This document shows positions 49,755-62,284 of a stretch of DNA of 64,000 nucleotides, piece after piece. The notes below the pieces were generated by a model, which was not told where the DNA came from, ran no database searches, and saw only the letters and a list, made by a program, of their open reading frames with translations. The stretch spans positions 159,466,001-159,530,000 of the forward strand of contig CM059431.1 in the NCBI GenBank assembly GCA_030390025.1, written 5' to 3'. Each line of letters opens with the position of its first letter. Position 1 is the stretch's first letter. The position numbers and the translations under genes were made by a program. The DNA is from Squalus acanthias (taxonomy: Eukaryota).

Positions 49755-50750
49755 ACAATAATTGCGCTCAGTATATTCCAGGTCCTTACCTTGTGCTGTG
49801 GCTTCAAATTCTGCTTCCAGGGAGTCCGTGTAAATTAGCGTTGTGAGTTCTGCAGGTTAATGATTACACCCTGGAAAAATATCAGTTGTACACCACCGTC
49901 ATAAACACGACCTTCAGCCTGATCAGTACAATCTTTAACCGCCCTGTTCTCTGGTGCAGGGCTCGATCTGAATCACACACGGTCTCATTCAGGTTGAACT
50001 GTTCTGGTGAGTTACTGATCCTTTAACCAAAGTCATGAATTCTTGGTCTGGTAACAGTTATTAAATTTCCCCCGGCTCTTCCATCTGTGGTTCCGAAGAC
50101 CCCGCAGATAAATTGTGTTCTGTTGCAGGAATCAGTTGCGTGTCCTCAACTCGATGTCATTGCTCTCCATAAAATCTCTTTATTATCGGAATATAAAATG
50201 CCACAGATAGCAATGGACAAAGGTCGCTTTTAGCTTCATAGATTGAAACACCAGAGGGAAGGGCACAGTAATCTCTCAACACTGAAATGTTAAGTATTTG
50301 GAATGATCTTCCATTTCGATCATGAGCTGTTTCTTTCGCCAGATTCTAACTCTGCGTAAATTCGAATCCCAGTTCGATGAATCTCGGTATCAGCTCTTTA
50401 TTATTCTAATCTAACCCGTTTGCCATGAATTTGTACAATTACCGTCACGGGTTACTTTCCTATTAACAAAAGAGCAATGATTATATTTTCTGGCAGAAAG
50501 CCTCCAGTTAATGTGTTGCAGCCTCGGCCTTGATCAGGATGTTCTTACCCATGAGTATCAGGCTCCGGGTTTAAATTTCTGGAACTGAATCAGCAAATGT
50601 GTTTCGGTAAGCAAGTGAAGTTTCTGCATCATCGGCCTGTTAACTTCTGCTTGAGGTGCTCGAATTGCACCTTTTGATTTAATCTTTATTTGAACTGTTT
50701 GGGAGCGGATTTAGTTCTTTGTGAGACTGGGAAACTCTGAAAATTAAATT
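49755..50750. repeat. Diverged paralog of the unique module 10365-11090
   Basis: Blocks 49755-50170 and 50485-50750 align to 10365-10764 and 10822-11090. Confidence 0.85.
49790..49870 (-). other. Candidate 81-nt exon, most diverged copy
   Basis: ctgatatttttccag|GGTG...CACAAG|gtaagg on the minus strand. Confidence 0.5.
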
Positions 50751-50789
50751 AATTGACTCCTAGGTTCGTGATACATCAACTGTTGAAAA

Positions 50790-52030
50790 CAGCTTGCTTC
50801 TGTCTATCCTGTCCCACCCGTTCATAATTTTAAATAAATCTGTCATATCGCTCCTTAATATGTGTTGTTCTAAGGATAAAAAAAACTACGTTTTACAAGT
50901 CTTTCTTTGTATCTGTTCATCCTGAAAGTAGGCAACATCCTCGTGAATCTGATTTGTAGACACTCTAGAGGCTCAATATCGTTCCTAAAGACTGCAGATC
51001 GATAGTGCACACAGAAATCTAATGCAGGTCTTATTAAGGTCTTATGTAGGTTCATTATTATCTCAATTTCTTTGTTCTATATACACAGGACTACATAGGA
51101 TATACGGCACAGAAACGGGCCATTCGGCCAACCAGTCCATGACACCGTTTATGTTCCACTCGAGCCTCTGCCATTCTTTCCTCATCTAACTCTGTCAACA
51201 TAACGCTCTTCCCTTCTCCTTCATATGCTTGTCTAGCCTCCCTTAAATGCATCTATACTTTTTACCTCAACAACTCCCTGTGGTAGAGGATTGCACATTC
51301 TCACCACTCTCTGAGTAAAGAAGTACTCCTGAATTCCCTATTTGATTTCTTGGTGACTATCTTATATTGATGGCCTCTAGTTATACTCTTCCCCTCAAGT
51401 GGAAACTTTCTCTCTGTATCTACTCTATCAAAACCCTTCATAATTTTAAAGACCTCTATTAGGTCACCCCTCAGCCTTCTTTTATTAAGCGAAAAGAGAC
51501 CCAGCCTCTTCATCGTTTCCTGATATGTATACCCTCGCATTTCTGGTATCATCCTCGTAAATCTTCTCTGCACCCGCTCCAGTGCCTCTATATCCTTTTT
51601 ATAATAAGGCGACCATATTTTATGCAGTACTCCAACTGCGGTCTAACCAAAGTTCGATACAAGTTTAGCATAACTCTTGTAATTTAACCTGGCCTTCCAT
51701 TAGCTTCTCTACGGCTTTATCAACCTGAGGTGCTGTGTGTAACTTCCCGCGAACGTGTACCCTCCAGATTGCTCTACTCTGCCACAGCACCGTCTCTACT
51801 TCAATTCAATTCACAATTACAGCTGATATTTTACCAGTATGTGTCACCTGACACTGACATTGATTGCATCAGTCACTTTTTTAGCACATCCCCCATATTT
51901 TCAATTTCCCTTTGGAGTTTCCTCCTGTCCTCTAAATAATTAACTGCACCCCCCATTTTTACCATCTGCAAATACTGACCAAGATCTATATTCAGATTAG
52001 TAATACGTGGCCCCAGAACTCAATCCTACG
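50790..52030 (-). mobile_element. Nested CR1 3' fragments
   Basis: ORFs 50870-51055 and 51301-51573 (QRRFTRMIPEMRG...RLRGDLIEVFKIMKG). Confidence 0.8.
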
Positions 52031-52329
52031 AGGCACAACCACACATTTCCAAACATTTGTTTTCAGCATAAAACGAGCATGTTTCAGGTAACCTCAATGC
52101 ATCGTTCAAATAAGTGAAATAATTCTTCCAGACTGTATCCAATGTGTAATAATACACCAATTTATACTTTAGGATATGTATTTTAATAATCTGTTACTGT
52201 CAAAACCTGGTGTTCTTCATTGGAAAGTGTATCAATAAAGGAGTTTTCGACGTTACGGGAGTCACTCATGACTATGTAATTTGATGTGTTGCCTCATTAA
52301 CACAGGCACCCTTTTTGCTGATGGATATT

Positions 52330-54110
52330 AAGTGGGTGGTCATCTGCAGGGTAGGAAGAGGCAGGCAGTGCAGGAATCCTCCAGGAGTATGGCAGTCTCA
52401 AGTTGGTTTTCAGTGCTGACGACACATCAGGGCAAGAAAGAAAGAATTTGCATTTCTCGACCTCAGGACGTCCCAAAGTGCTTTACATTCAATTAAGCAC
52501 TTGTTGAAGTGTGGTCGCTGTTGCAATATACTCTAGAGCACATCCACGGCACAGCGGGACAAATTACTTCACAGCGAAGGGCACAGAAAAGTGTAGAAAT
52601 GAAGTGAGCATAGGTGATTCGTTGGTCATGGAGATAGACAGGGATTTCTGCCACCGCCGTCGTGAGTCTTGCATGGTGTGTTGCCTCTCTGGTGTCCACG
52701 TTTAGTTAAGCAAAGGATCACATATGACTTCTTAACAGACTTCTCAAGATGTACTTCCACGTTCAATGATTTGTCTGCAAAAACCCCTATGTCTCACTGT
52801 TCCTGCACCCCCTTTAACATTGTAAATTTATGTTCAATTTGCCTCTCATCCTCCTTCAGTCCAGAACAGGGGTCACAGTCTAAGGATAAGGGGTAAACCA
52901 TTTAGGACTGAGATGAGGAGTAATTTCTTCACCCAGAGAGTGGTGAACCTGTGGAATTCTTTACCACAGAAGGCAGTTCAGGCCAATTCATTAAATATAT
53001 TCAAGACGGAGTTAGATATATTTCTTAAGGCTAAGGGGACCAAGGGATATGACGAGAAAGCAGGGACAGGGTACTGAATTTGGATGATCAGCCATGATCG
53101 CATTGAATGCCGGAGCAGGCTCGAGGGGCCGAATGGCCTACTCCTGCTTCTATCTTCTATGTTTCTATGTTTCTTCCTACCAAAATGAATCACTTCATAA
53201 TTCTCTGCGTTAAATTTAATTTGCCATGGGTCTGGCCATTTCACCAGCCTGTCTATCTCTTCCTGAATAATGTTACTATCCTTCTCGTTGTTTACTGCAT
53301 AATGGAGTTTCGTTTCATCTGCAAACTTTGAAATAATGTCCTGTAGACCCAAGTCCAGGTCATTAATATACATCAAAAAGAGCACCCCAATGCTGCAATA
53401 CCTACCCCTGGGGAACACCACTTTATAATTCTCTCCAGTCTGAAAAACAACTGCTAACCATTACTGTTTGTCCCATAGCAATTTCGTAGTCACGTTGCCA
53501 CTGTCAATTTACTCCCATGGCTTTTAATCTTGCTAACAAGTCTATTATGTGGTATTTTGTCAACCGCCTTTTGAAAGTCCAGAAACGCAACATCAACCAC
53601 ACTACCCTCTTCAAACTTCTCCGTCACTTCATCAAAGAACTCAATCAAATGAGTGAAACACGATTTGCCGTTAACAAATCGTGCTGATTTTCACTTCTTA
53701 GCCCATACTTTTCCAAATGTCAATTAATGTTGTCCCAGATTATTGCCTCTGAAAGTTTCCCCACAACCCACGTTAGGCTGACTGCCCTGTCTTTACCAGA
53801 TTTATCCCTCTCACCTTTTGTAAACAGGGATGTAACATTTGCAATCCTCCAGTCCTCTGGTAACACCTCCATATCTATGGAGGATTGGCAGATTGTGGCC
53901 GGTGCAGCTGCAATTTTTACTAATCCTTCCCTCAGTAACCTAAGATGCATTCCATCCAGATCGTGTGACTTTTCAACTTTGAGGACTTAAAACCATTTAA
54001 TTTCCTCCTCTTTATCTATTTCATCATATCCAATATTGCTACTAAATTCTCTGTTACTGTTACATTGGAAGCGTCCTCTTCTCTAGTGAAGATAATGCCG
54101 AGTATTCATT
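52330..54110. mobile_element. Mosaic of CR1 remnants (ORF1 bits, plus-strand 3' tail 52862-53172, minus-strand RT)
   Basis: IGDSLV...MVCCL at 52511-52705; (ttctatgt)n tail at 53150; EDWRIANVTSLFTKG at 53720-53950. Confidence 0.75.
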
Positions 54111-54111
54111 C

Positions 54112-54420
54112 GAACAGGAGAAGGCCATTCCACTCTTCCGACCGGTTCACAGGAACATGAGTAGGCCATTAAACCCCTTGAACCTGTTAGGTAGGAACAG
54201 TAGTAATCAATTTCAGCCGCTTGCGCCTGTTACATAGGAACAGGTGTAGGCCACTCAGCCCGTTGAGCCTGTTGCATTGGAATAGGTGTAGGCAATTCAG
54301 TCTCTAAGCAAGATACATATGAATAGGGGGAGGCCAATTTGGTCCTCGCATCTGTTACATAAGAATAGAAGTTAGGCCATTCAGCACCTTGAGCCTGCTA
54401 CAAAGTAACAGGGGTAGATA
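54112..54420. repeat. Minisatellite of ~40 bp units derived from the CR1 3' tail
   Basis: About 8 degenerate units of aggaacaggagtaggccattcagccccttgagcctgttacat. Confidence 0.75.
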
Positions 54421-55270
54421 TCCAATGGATATCTCTGAGTCGGTAAGATCCACACTACTGGTAAAAGGTTAGTTGCATTCAATCATCTTTGTTTTAAGTC
54501 CGAAGGAGGGAATGCTCATATTTAACACCAAATTATCTATATTTATCACCAAATGCAGCAAATCTATCACCAAATATTCTATATTTGTCTCCATTTGCTC
54601 CATATTTAACACTAAATGTTGGGAAAAAAAGAATGGCACTTCTGTGTATTGTTAAAGGGATGTAGGAGGCCCATAGTCGGCAGGATTCTCTATACGTGGA
54701 GACCCCCAACGTAATTCTCAGCCATCGCCTTAACCACGTAGCCACAACTACTCGCTGCTTTAGCCTTTTGGTTTCACACAATGATGGGTCGATACCTTTT
54801 GATTCCTAGGGCAGTGACATTAGCAACCGGACCTGCCGTTACCAGACACAAGCAGTGTGTCAGACAAAAGTGACACTGCACTTTGTCTCCCGGAACAGGA
54901 GCTCATGGGTCTGCTCGGGGGATTAATTTCAAGTGTATAGTTTTTACAATTTTTACTTTAACAATCAGGGAATGGTTTCATATTTTTACCTGACTGTTGT
55001 TTTCAGCTTCTAAGCCACAATCCCTTATATACATATATTGCTGATGTTCAGGTGGCTTTACGAAAGACTGGTAATTAGAGGTCCTTAGTAGATGAGAATC
55101 ATATATGTATAAATTTAAGTGCAGACATTGACCAACTAATCTTATCCATAATTCCTCCTGGGTATGAGCCATATTAACTTGAAACTAACATATTAAGGCT
55201 TTTTCGAACGTAGCCGCTAGGACAGTCAGAAGAAGTTTTGACTAAGCTCAGATAACAAACAGCCACAGGC

Positions 55271-55995
55271 TGTGAGTGAAGGTTAAATTGTTAAATAACC
55301 ATATTATAATGCAAAGTAGGAATTAGAGTTCGCTTACCAAAACTTAATGTAAAGGTAAGTAAAAGTTAATTAGTATAAGGAACATAATATGAGAGAGATC
55401 ATGGGAGTTAAGGTATCTATCTGGTAGATTAAATTGAGATAGTCTGGACATCGTCAAGACTAGTGAAATGGGCGCCTTGGTATAGAAACGCCGTGTACTG
55501 CTTCTACCAGGGAAGCTAGAAATAAGATAGATAAGGTAAATTCCAATGGGGTGAAGAACGTATAAACAAGATAATGATGAACATGGTAAAGTTGTAGGAG
55601 AAATACTGGGCCGGGCGGGGCCAAGATGCTAAACTTATTCTGAGTGACAATCGTATTTTGACCATTTGCACCAATTCAAAAAGGTTATGTTGTTAAAGAC
55701 CATATATAGACACTGGCCAAACGAACTTTTGATAAGAAATGGGTTAAAACCTCGATACTCAAAGAACTACATCACACAGACCTACTGTGAGAAAAAAGAA
55801 ACAGACTGAAGACGTCGTCACCTGTGTCCGAGAGGCTCTAGAGACCCAGGGCTGTGAGCTACTTGTTGAACTATCGCCTGTTGTTAAGTATATTACGCTG
55901 TATGCTTAATACACCTTGATCTATTGCTCAAACATACTGGCTGCTGTCTATTTGTGTCTTGTCCAAGAACTCTGAAAAATCATAAAGTTCTTACA
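55271..55995 (+). mobile_element. Solo LTR (725 bp) with 4-bp TSD
   Basis: aggc|TGTGAG...CTTACA|aggc; TATA-like tatataga at 55703. Confidence 0.75.
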
Positions 55996-56633
55996 AGGCG
56001 TTCCAATAAATAAATAAATACACAAATAATAATGAAACAGACATTTCCTGCCTCGGTTTTCAGCGTTAAAAGAAGGACAGCTCAGTCTGAATCATCCCCT
56101 CTCAGATATTGACTCCTGTCAGACAGTGAGGCCGGTAGCACAGAAATTAACTGCAGATGGGGCCTTAAACACAACGCCAGAATTACTCGGGAATTCTGGG
56201 AATTGCACTGAGAGATCCAACCGCTCAGCAAGTGACCGGAGTTCCCACAGGCACAGGTGCTGCACTAATCTCAAAGGACATGGTCTCGAGATCTTTCAAT
56301 GAAATATCAATCGATTGGTAAAAATGAATGGATTGGAACAAGTGAAATGTTTGGGAATCGTTAATATATCGTAATCCAACCTCGTGAAGATTCAAAAATC
56401 TATTTTGTGAAGAATACTTACTTGAAAACGAAAATTGTATTCAAGTGCACGTAAGTTGGTAATTTTGCAAAGAATAATGTTAGATTCAACGATGATATTG
56501 TCACAGCGATTTCAAGGACTACGCTGATGGAAGTCGAAGGCTATCCTGATGATTACACTCTCCAATAACAGGCGACATGTGAACTTAAAGTTCGAAAATA
56601 TTAATGGCATTGCTGTTGGCCGTTTGAAATAAT

Positions 56634-57665
56634 GGGGGTGAAATTAGATACGGACGGGGATGTAAAACAGACGGAATCGCTTATTGCCTACCGTATACAA
56701 AACACACCCGATATTCAGTTATATTAAAGTCAATGGAATCGAATATCAGGCACTGCTATAACGGGCGGTCGCTGCGATACCGTCAGTTTTGCGCCACCAC
56801 CCGAGACGAATTTCTAGACCTATGGATCTAAATATCGGTCGGGGCATATAACAGGTCACCGATATGATACTGCCAGTTAAGCGTCCCGCCGGTTTCCAAT
56901 TGCACCCCGCAGGTTTGCACAGCTGGTGCTCATTGCTCTCAATGGAGTTTCAGCAACCAGCTCAACAGATCAGACCAGCAGACAGTTTGGTCAGGAAAAA
57001 TAATGTGTGCAGCTTTTGTACTGTAATGTAACTTAATTAATCCAAAATTAATAAAATCCAACAGGAAGAAGATTTTTTATTTACATGGAAAAAGTAAAAA
57101 TAAAAACAGATCTTCTGATTCCGCGCTCTTGCCGCATGGCCTGGCATTGACCGGAAATTTCGCAAACACAAACCACCATTTCGCCTCCTTTAAATTTAAT
57201 CGAGCGAAAATCACGGGCTAGGTTTGCGCGAGTTCACGATACAAAGTGGAATATCTTCCTAAAATCGAAGCTGTAGAAATTCGTCTCGGGAATTGGCGCA
57301 TAACAGGCGGTATCGCACCGGCCGCCCGTTATACACACAGCCCGAAATTCTTTTCAACTGACTTCAATGAGACTGACTATAGGGCGGCGGCTATAACAGG
57401 TGACCCACGTGATAGCGCCCGTCTTGCACTGGTGTACAAGGCAAATTTCCACCCCAATGTATCTGCCTTCACCAATGCTAACAACAGACCTCGGGGAACA
57501 AATTCGTCTTGGCTTTTAGACCAAAACGGGTGATCGCACATGGGTCGCCCGTTAAACACTCCATCTGATAGTCAGGTTTATTGAAGCCAATGGAAATGTG
57601 TATATAGGGCGTGGTATATACAACACCGCTGGTTTTGTGCTACCGCCCAAACTGTATTCATACCC
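56634..57665. mobile_element. Cluster of short, old palindromic Harbinger-type MITEs
   Basis: Ends such as ggggtgaaatt (56635), aatttctagacc (56809) and aatttccacccc|aat (57444); internal inverted repeats around caatgga/caatgaga. Confidence 0.5.
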
Positions 57666-58439
57666 TGTAAAGCGATTAAATTTCCAAGGAACAAATGGAA
57701 GAACATTTTTATACTTTGTCCTTTCTTGTGTATTGAGTAACGAATCAATATCTCGATGTGATGTTCATTAACTTTCAGTGCAGTGGGAACTATCTAGCCA
57801 TCAACAGAAACGAAATTGGTTCGTAGTTTAAGTATGATCCGCAAGAATACACTTTCAATATCGCATTGAGTTTCAACAAACATGATATTGCATGTATGGA
57901 ACAAATTGTCAGTCAATAATAATAAAACGTATATTTTTGCATCTCCAGAGTTTTAATATAACACATTTGGAGCGTTGTGCCCATCTCCGGTAGTCGATCC
58001 GGTACAACATCCACCCACACACGAATGCTGAATTACTGCAACTATATTTCTGTGGGAAGTTCCGTTAGGTTGCTGCAACAAAGAGTTCAACATTTTTTTA
58101 AAAATGAATAAATATATCATGGATGTTGACGGCATAAGCAGACAAAGGTTTAACCTCTCCCATGGCATTGCTCAATCTGGTAATTTCAGGGAGCCCTTAA
58201 CCTCTTTAAAATAAAGTGGTTCAGCAGATGGATTATTTTCACCAGATCCCGTAAGGCATTGATCAGCTAATATCTTTTTTTTAATCAATTTCTATGCTGA
58301 CACTCAATCGGTACAGGAAGAATGAGAGTAACGGAAATGATCAGTGCTCAGCAAAGGGCACAATAATTGCAGATGCCGAACATGGCAAATGGAGTGAAAA
58401 TAGAAACTGCTGGCATTTCACCCCATCTTGCTTGCACCG

Positions 58440-58800
58440 GTAAAGATAGATAGATAGAGTGAGCTAGAGACAGGAAGAAGTATAAGAAGGAGGAGCAGAA
58501 GAAACAGAAGAATACGGATAAGGATAGGAAGAAAAAGGAAAGGAAAAAGACAAAAAAAGGCGAAGGAGAAAGGGAGGAAGAAGAAGAACAACAGAAAAGG
58601 AAGAAGGAGAAGGAGAAGAAAGAGAATAATAAGAAGGAAAAGGATATGTAGGAGAAGAGGAAAAAGAAGGAGAAGAAGAAGGAGAAGAAGACGAATAGGA
58701 AAGAGCAGAAAGGAAGTAGAAGAAGAATGCGAAGGTGAAGAATAAGAGCAAGAAGAAGATGAAGAACAACATCAATAACAACAAGAAACTGGTCACAGAA
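58440..58800 (+). repeat. Purine-rich (GAA/GGA) low-complexity tract
   Basis: Nearly pure A/G sequence built from gaagaa and ggagaa units. Confidence 0.9.
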
Positions 58801-59080
58801 ACAGATCTCATTGAAACATATGGAGACCGGAAGGAGCTGACCTGGTGGGAGCACAGCGAGAGTGGAGCAGTTAAAAGAAGCAGTCCTGAGCGGCAGGAGC
58901 CTGAGACCGGGAGGAGCAGACCTGCAGGGAGCTCAGCAAGAGCGGAGCAGATAAAAAGAGAGGCAGGAACTCTACAGAGCCAGTTTTTGAAAAAGTGAAG
59001 TCAGGGTAAAAAAAAGTGACATCGGCACAAGGGAAGGAGCTGATTGGTGAGTAGCTAGTGAGTGTAATTTTTAAGGTAAT

Positions 59081-59844
59081 GGCCCGAAAATTAGACCTAA
59101 TACGTGAGAGTACGCAGTGTGTACTCTCGCGTATTAGGTCTCCAATTGCCGGTTTCCTGCATGCACTGCGCATGCGCGGGAAACCGGCACTTCGTGAATT
59201 CAAAAGGGGGCGGTTCCTAAGTGAACCGCGTGCGCGCTACAGGTTGTGCGCACGCAGTGCACTTAGTTTTTTTTACAGCTTTGAACGCGCAGGTAAGTGG
59301 TGAAGATTTTACACACAAAGAAAGCAGGCGTAGGACCCCGTTTAACAAGGTAAGTAGTTAATTAAGTGTTATTTTAATTTTTTTTCAACAGCTTTATCTT
59401 TTTTTAGAGACTTTAAAGAAAGGTAAGCTTATTTTTATAACTTTTAAAAAGATTTTAAATTTTTTCAAAAATTTAATTTTTTGTTTAAAGTGGTTTATTT
59501 ATTTAACTATACTTATTTTATTAACGTGATGGCTTGTTTTTAAATTTAATTGAGGTTTAGCTGTTCTTTTGGGGTGGTGTAGTATTCATAGCTTTGACAG
59601 GTCTTCCTGTCAAAACTATGAATGAAAGATGGTGTGCTACCATTGGCTCTAACTGAATCACGTGATCCCAGAGCTCGCACGAACTAATTGCGCCTCTGGG
59701 ATACGCACACACTGCACGGTTGCATGTGAGAGAGGCTTTGAAACTAAAGTTTGTGTGGGCCAGGAGCAAAAAGGTAAGCGCGGAGTGCGATATCGCGGGG
59801 AATTCTTACCCCCGCGGGAACCCTCACTGTTTAATTTCTGGGCC
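59081..59844 (+). mobile_element. Complete Harbinger-type MITE (764 bp)
   Basis: ggcccgaaaatt ... ttaatttctgggcc; reverse complement of 5296-6055. Confidence 0.9.
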
Positions 59845-61862
59845 TATATGTTTATGTCTGCTAAGTTAGTAAATAGCCTATTAAATAGAGTTGATTGGTG
59901 AGTAGCTGGGGAATGTTTTTTGCTAGGTTTTAAGTTTATTTCTGCTGGGTTAGTCCTTAGTCTAGTAAATAGAGGCATGGCAGGGCAGCTCAGGCGCGTG
60001 GATTGCAGATCCTGTGCCATATGGAAAGTCCTGGACGCTTCGCGTAGCCTGGACGACCACATGTTCAGGAAGTGTCGCCAGCTACAGCAACTCGAGCTCC
60101 AGGTTTCATTGACCAATATGTTCTTGGCCCAAATAGGAAGGAGGCATTTCTGGATCTGGTGCTGGGGAATGGGGTGGGCCAGGTCGACCAAGTATCTTTG
60201 GGAAAACACTTGGATACGAGTGATCATCGTATCATAAGATTTAGATTACCAATAGTGAGCAGCAAGGAACAATGTAGAGTGGAACTTCTAAACTGGAATA
60301 GGGCTAACTTCAATGGGATGCGAAAGGATCTAGCCAGGGTCAAATGGAACCAAAGACTGACAGGAAAAACTGTAACAGAACAATTTTTAAGGAGGAGCTG
60401 TCCAAGTACAGGCTAGGTACATTCCAACAAGAGGTAATGGTAAGGGAACCAAAGCAAGGGCTCCTTGGATGACGAGGGAGATAGAGAAGATGATGAAACA
60501 AAAAAAGAGGGCGTATGATGAATGTCAGGTGAATTCTTCAAGGGAGAACCAGACCAAATACAATAAGTTGAGAGGGAATATGAAGATGAAAATAATATTG
60601 TCAAAGAGAAAATAAGAGAGTAGAATGGCAGTTAACATAAAAGAGAACCCAAACATCTTCTACCGGCATGTAAACAGTAAGCGGGTAGTAAGAGGCGGGG
60701 TGGGGCCTATTAGAGACAAAGAAGGTGATATATGCTTGGAGTTGTAGGGCAAGGCTAGAATGCTCAATGGGTACTTTCTATCGGTGTTTACCAAGGAGGT
60801 AGATGCTGACGAAATATCGGCAGAAGTGGAAAAGGTAGCAGCAATGGGAGGGGTGAAAATTGATAGACAGGATGTACTAGAAAGGCTGGGTATGCTTAGG
60901 GTGGACAAGTCGCCTGGTCCAGAAGGCTTGCATCCCAGGTTCATAAGGGAATTGGTGGAGGAGTTAGCGGAAGGGCTTGCCATAATTTTTCAATCTTCCC
61001 TAGATGCAAGGTAGGTGCCTGAGGACTGGAAAGTGGCAAATGTGACACTAATGTTCAAGAAAGGGTGTAAGGACAATCCTAGTAACTACAGGCCGGTCAG
61101 GATAACATCAGTGGTGGGTAAAGCTTTAGAAAGAATAACAAAGGATAAAAATAACGGGCATTTGGAGAGGTTTAAGGTAATTAAGGAGAGCCAACACGGG
61201 TTTGTAAAAGGAAGATCGTGTTTGACTAACCTAATTGAATTTTTTGATGAAGTAAAAGAGAGGATTGATGAAGGGAATGCAATGGATGTTGTCTACATGG
61301 ATATTCGGAACGCGTTTGACAAAGTACCACATAGAAGGCTGGTTAACAAAATTGAGGCTCATGGAATAGGTGGGTTAGCGGAAGCTTGGATAACAAAATT
61401 GGCTTAAGGACAGAAAACAGCGAGTTGTGGTAAATGGCTGTTTTTCAGACTGGAGCATGGTAGACAGTGGTGTTACAGACAGGGTCAGTGATGGGGCCAC
61501 TGCTTTTTTGATATATATTAATGACCTGGATATAGGAATACAGTGTAGAATTTCTAAATTTGCCGATGACACCACACGTGGGGGAGTGGCAAACAGTGAT
61601 GATGATATTAATCGACTGCAACAGGACATAGAAAGGCTGGCAGAATGGGCAGACAAGTGGCAGATGGAATTTAATACAAAGAAGTGTGAGGTGATGCGGC
61701 AGAAGGAACAGGGATGGGCAATATAACCTTAATGGCACAGTTTTAAAAAGTGTGCAGGGACAGAGGGACCTGGGAGTTAATGTGCATAGGTCACTGAATG
61801 TGGCAGGATATATTGAGAGAGTAGTTAACAAAGCTTATGGGATCTTGGGCTTCATAAATAGA

Positions 61863-62061
61863 CATGATGTGGAGATGCCGGTGTTGGACTGGGGTGGACA
61901 AATGTGAGAATCTCTTGAGAATATAGTCAGAATACTCTGACTATATATGCTGTGCCTATATACATTTCTTCACTTCACCTGACGAAGGAGCAGCGCTCCG
62001 AAAGCTTGTGATTTCAAATAAAACTGCTGGACTATAACCTGGTGTTGTGCGACTTCTCACA
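61863..62061 (+). mobile_element. Penelope-derived insert with hammerhead core and 12-bp TSD
   Basis: ctgacga-aggagc-a-gc-gctcc-gaaagctt at 61979-62007; ttcataaataga at 61851-61862 and 62062-62073. Confidence 0.75.
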
Positions 62062-62284
62062 TTCATAAATAGAGGTATTGGCCCAGAAATTAATCTCCTT
62101 CTCTTCACGCGGGTGTAAGGAGCCGGCGCGGTAATACATACCGCGTCTGCCGTTTCCATTTCTCCACGGAGGAACTTCATCTTTTTTGAGCTGGAGTGCA
62201 GGGCAGCGTATGACGTCACACTGCCCTGAGCGCAGCGTGCGCGTTGCATCGCGTGCAATGTTGAGTGTAGACACGCCCATTAAG

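Larger units (their letters stand above)
58825..62079 (+). mobile_element. Decayed CR1 with an internal deletion and several nested insertions
   Basis: 5' UTR; ORF1 start at 59977 (MAGQLRRVDCRSCAIW..CRQ); jump to late endonuclease at ~60108; RT ORFs 60760-61726. Confidence 0.88.

Noticed and set aside
54112..54620. CRISPR-like spaced repeats
   Set aside because: Eukaryotic context, degenerate tandem units without unique spacers, and no cas genes
54649..55270. Possible additional LTR starting tgttaaaggg
   Set aside because: I could not find a matching CA end or TSD
57953..58075. Possible terminal exon on the minus strand (ttgttgcag|...HSCVGGCCTGS...)
   Set aside because: No recognisable domain, no partner exon and no second copy to test conservation
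58351..58445. Apparent exon encoding GKWSENRNCWHF (lectin-like look)
   Set aside because: Weak splice sites; ggagtgaaaat...atttcacccc looks like a collapsed MITE end pair
58348..58854. Hydrophobic Phe/Ser-rich ORFs that look like membrane proteins
   Set aside because: They are translations of the GAA-rich low-complexity tract
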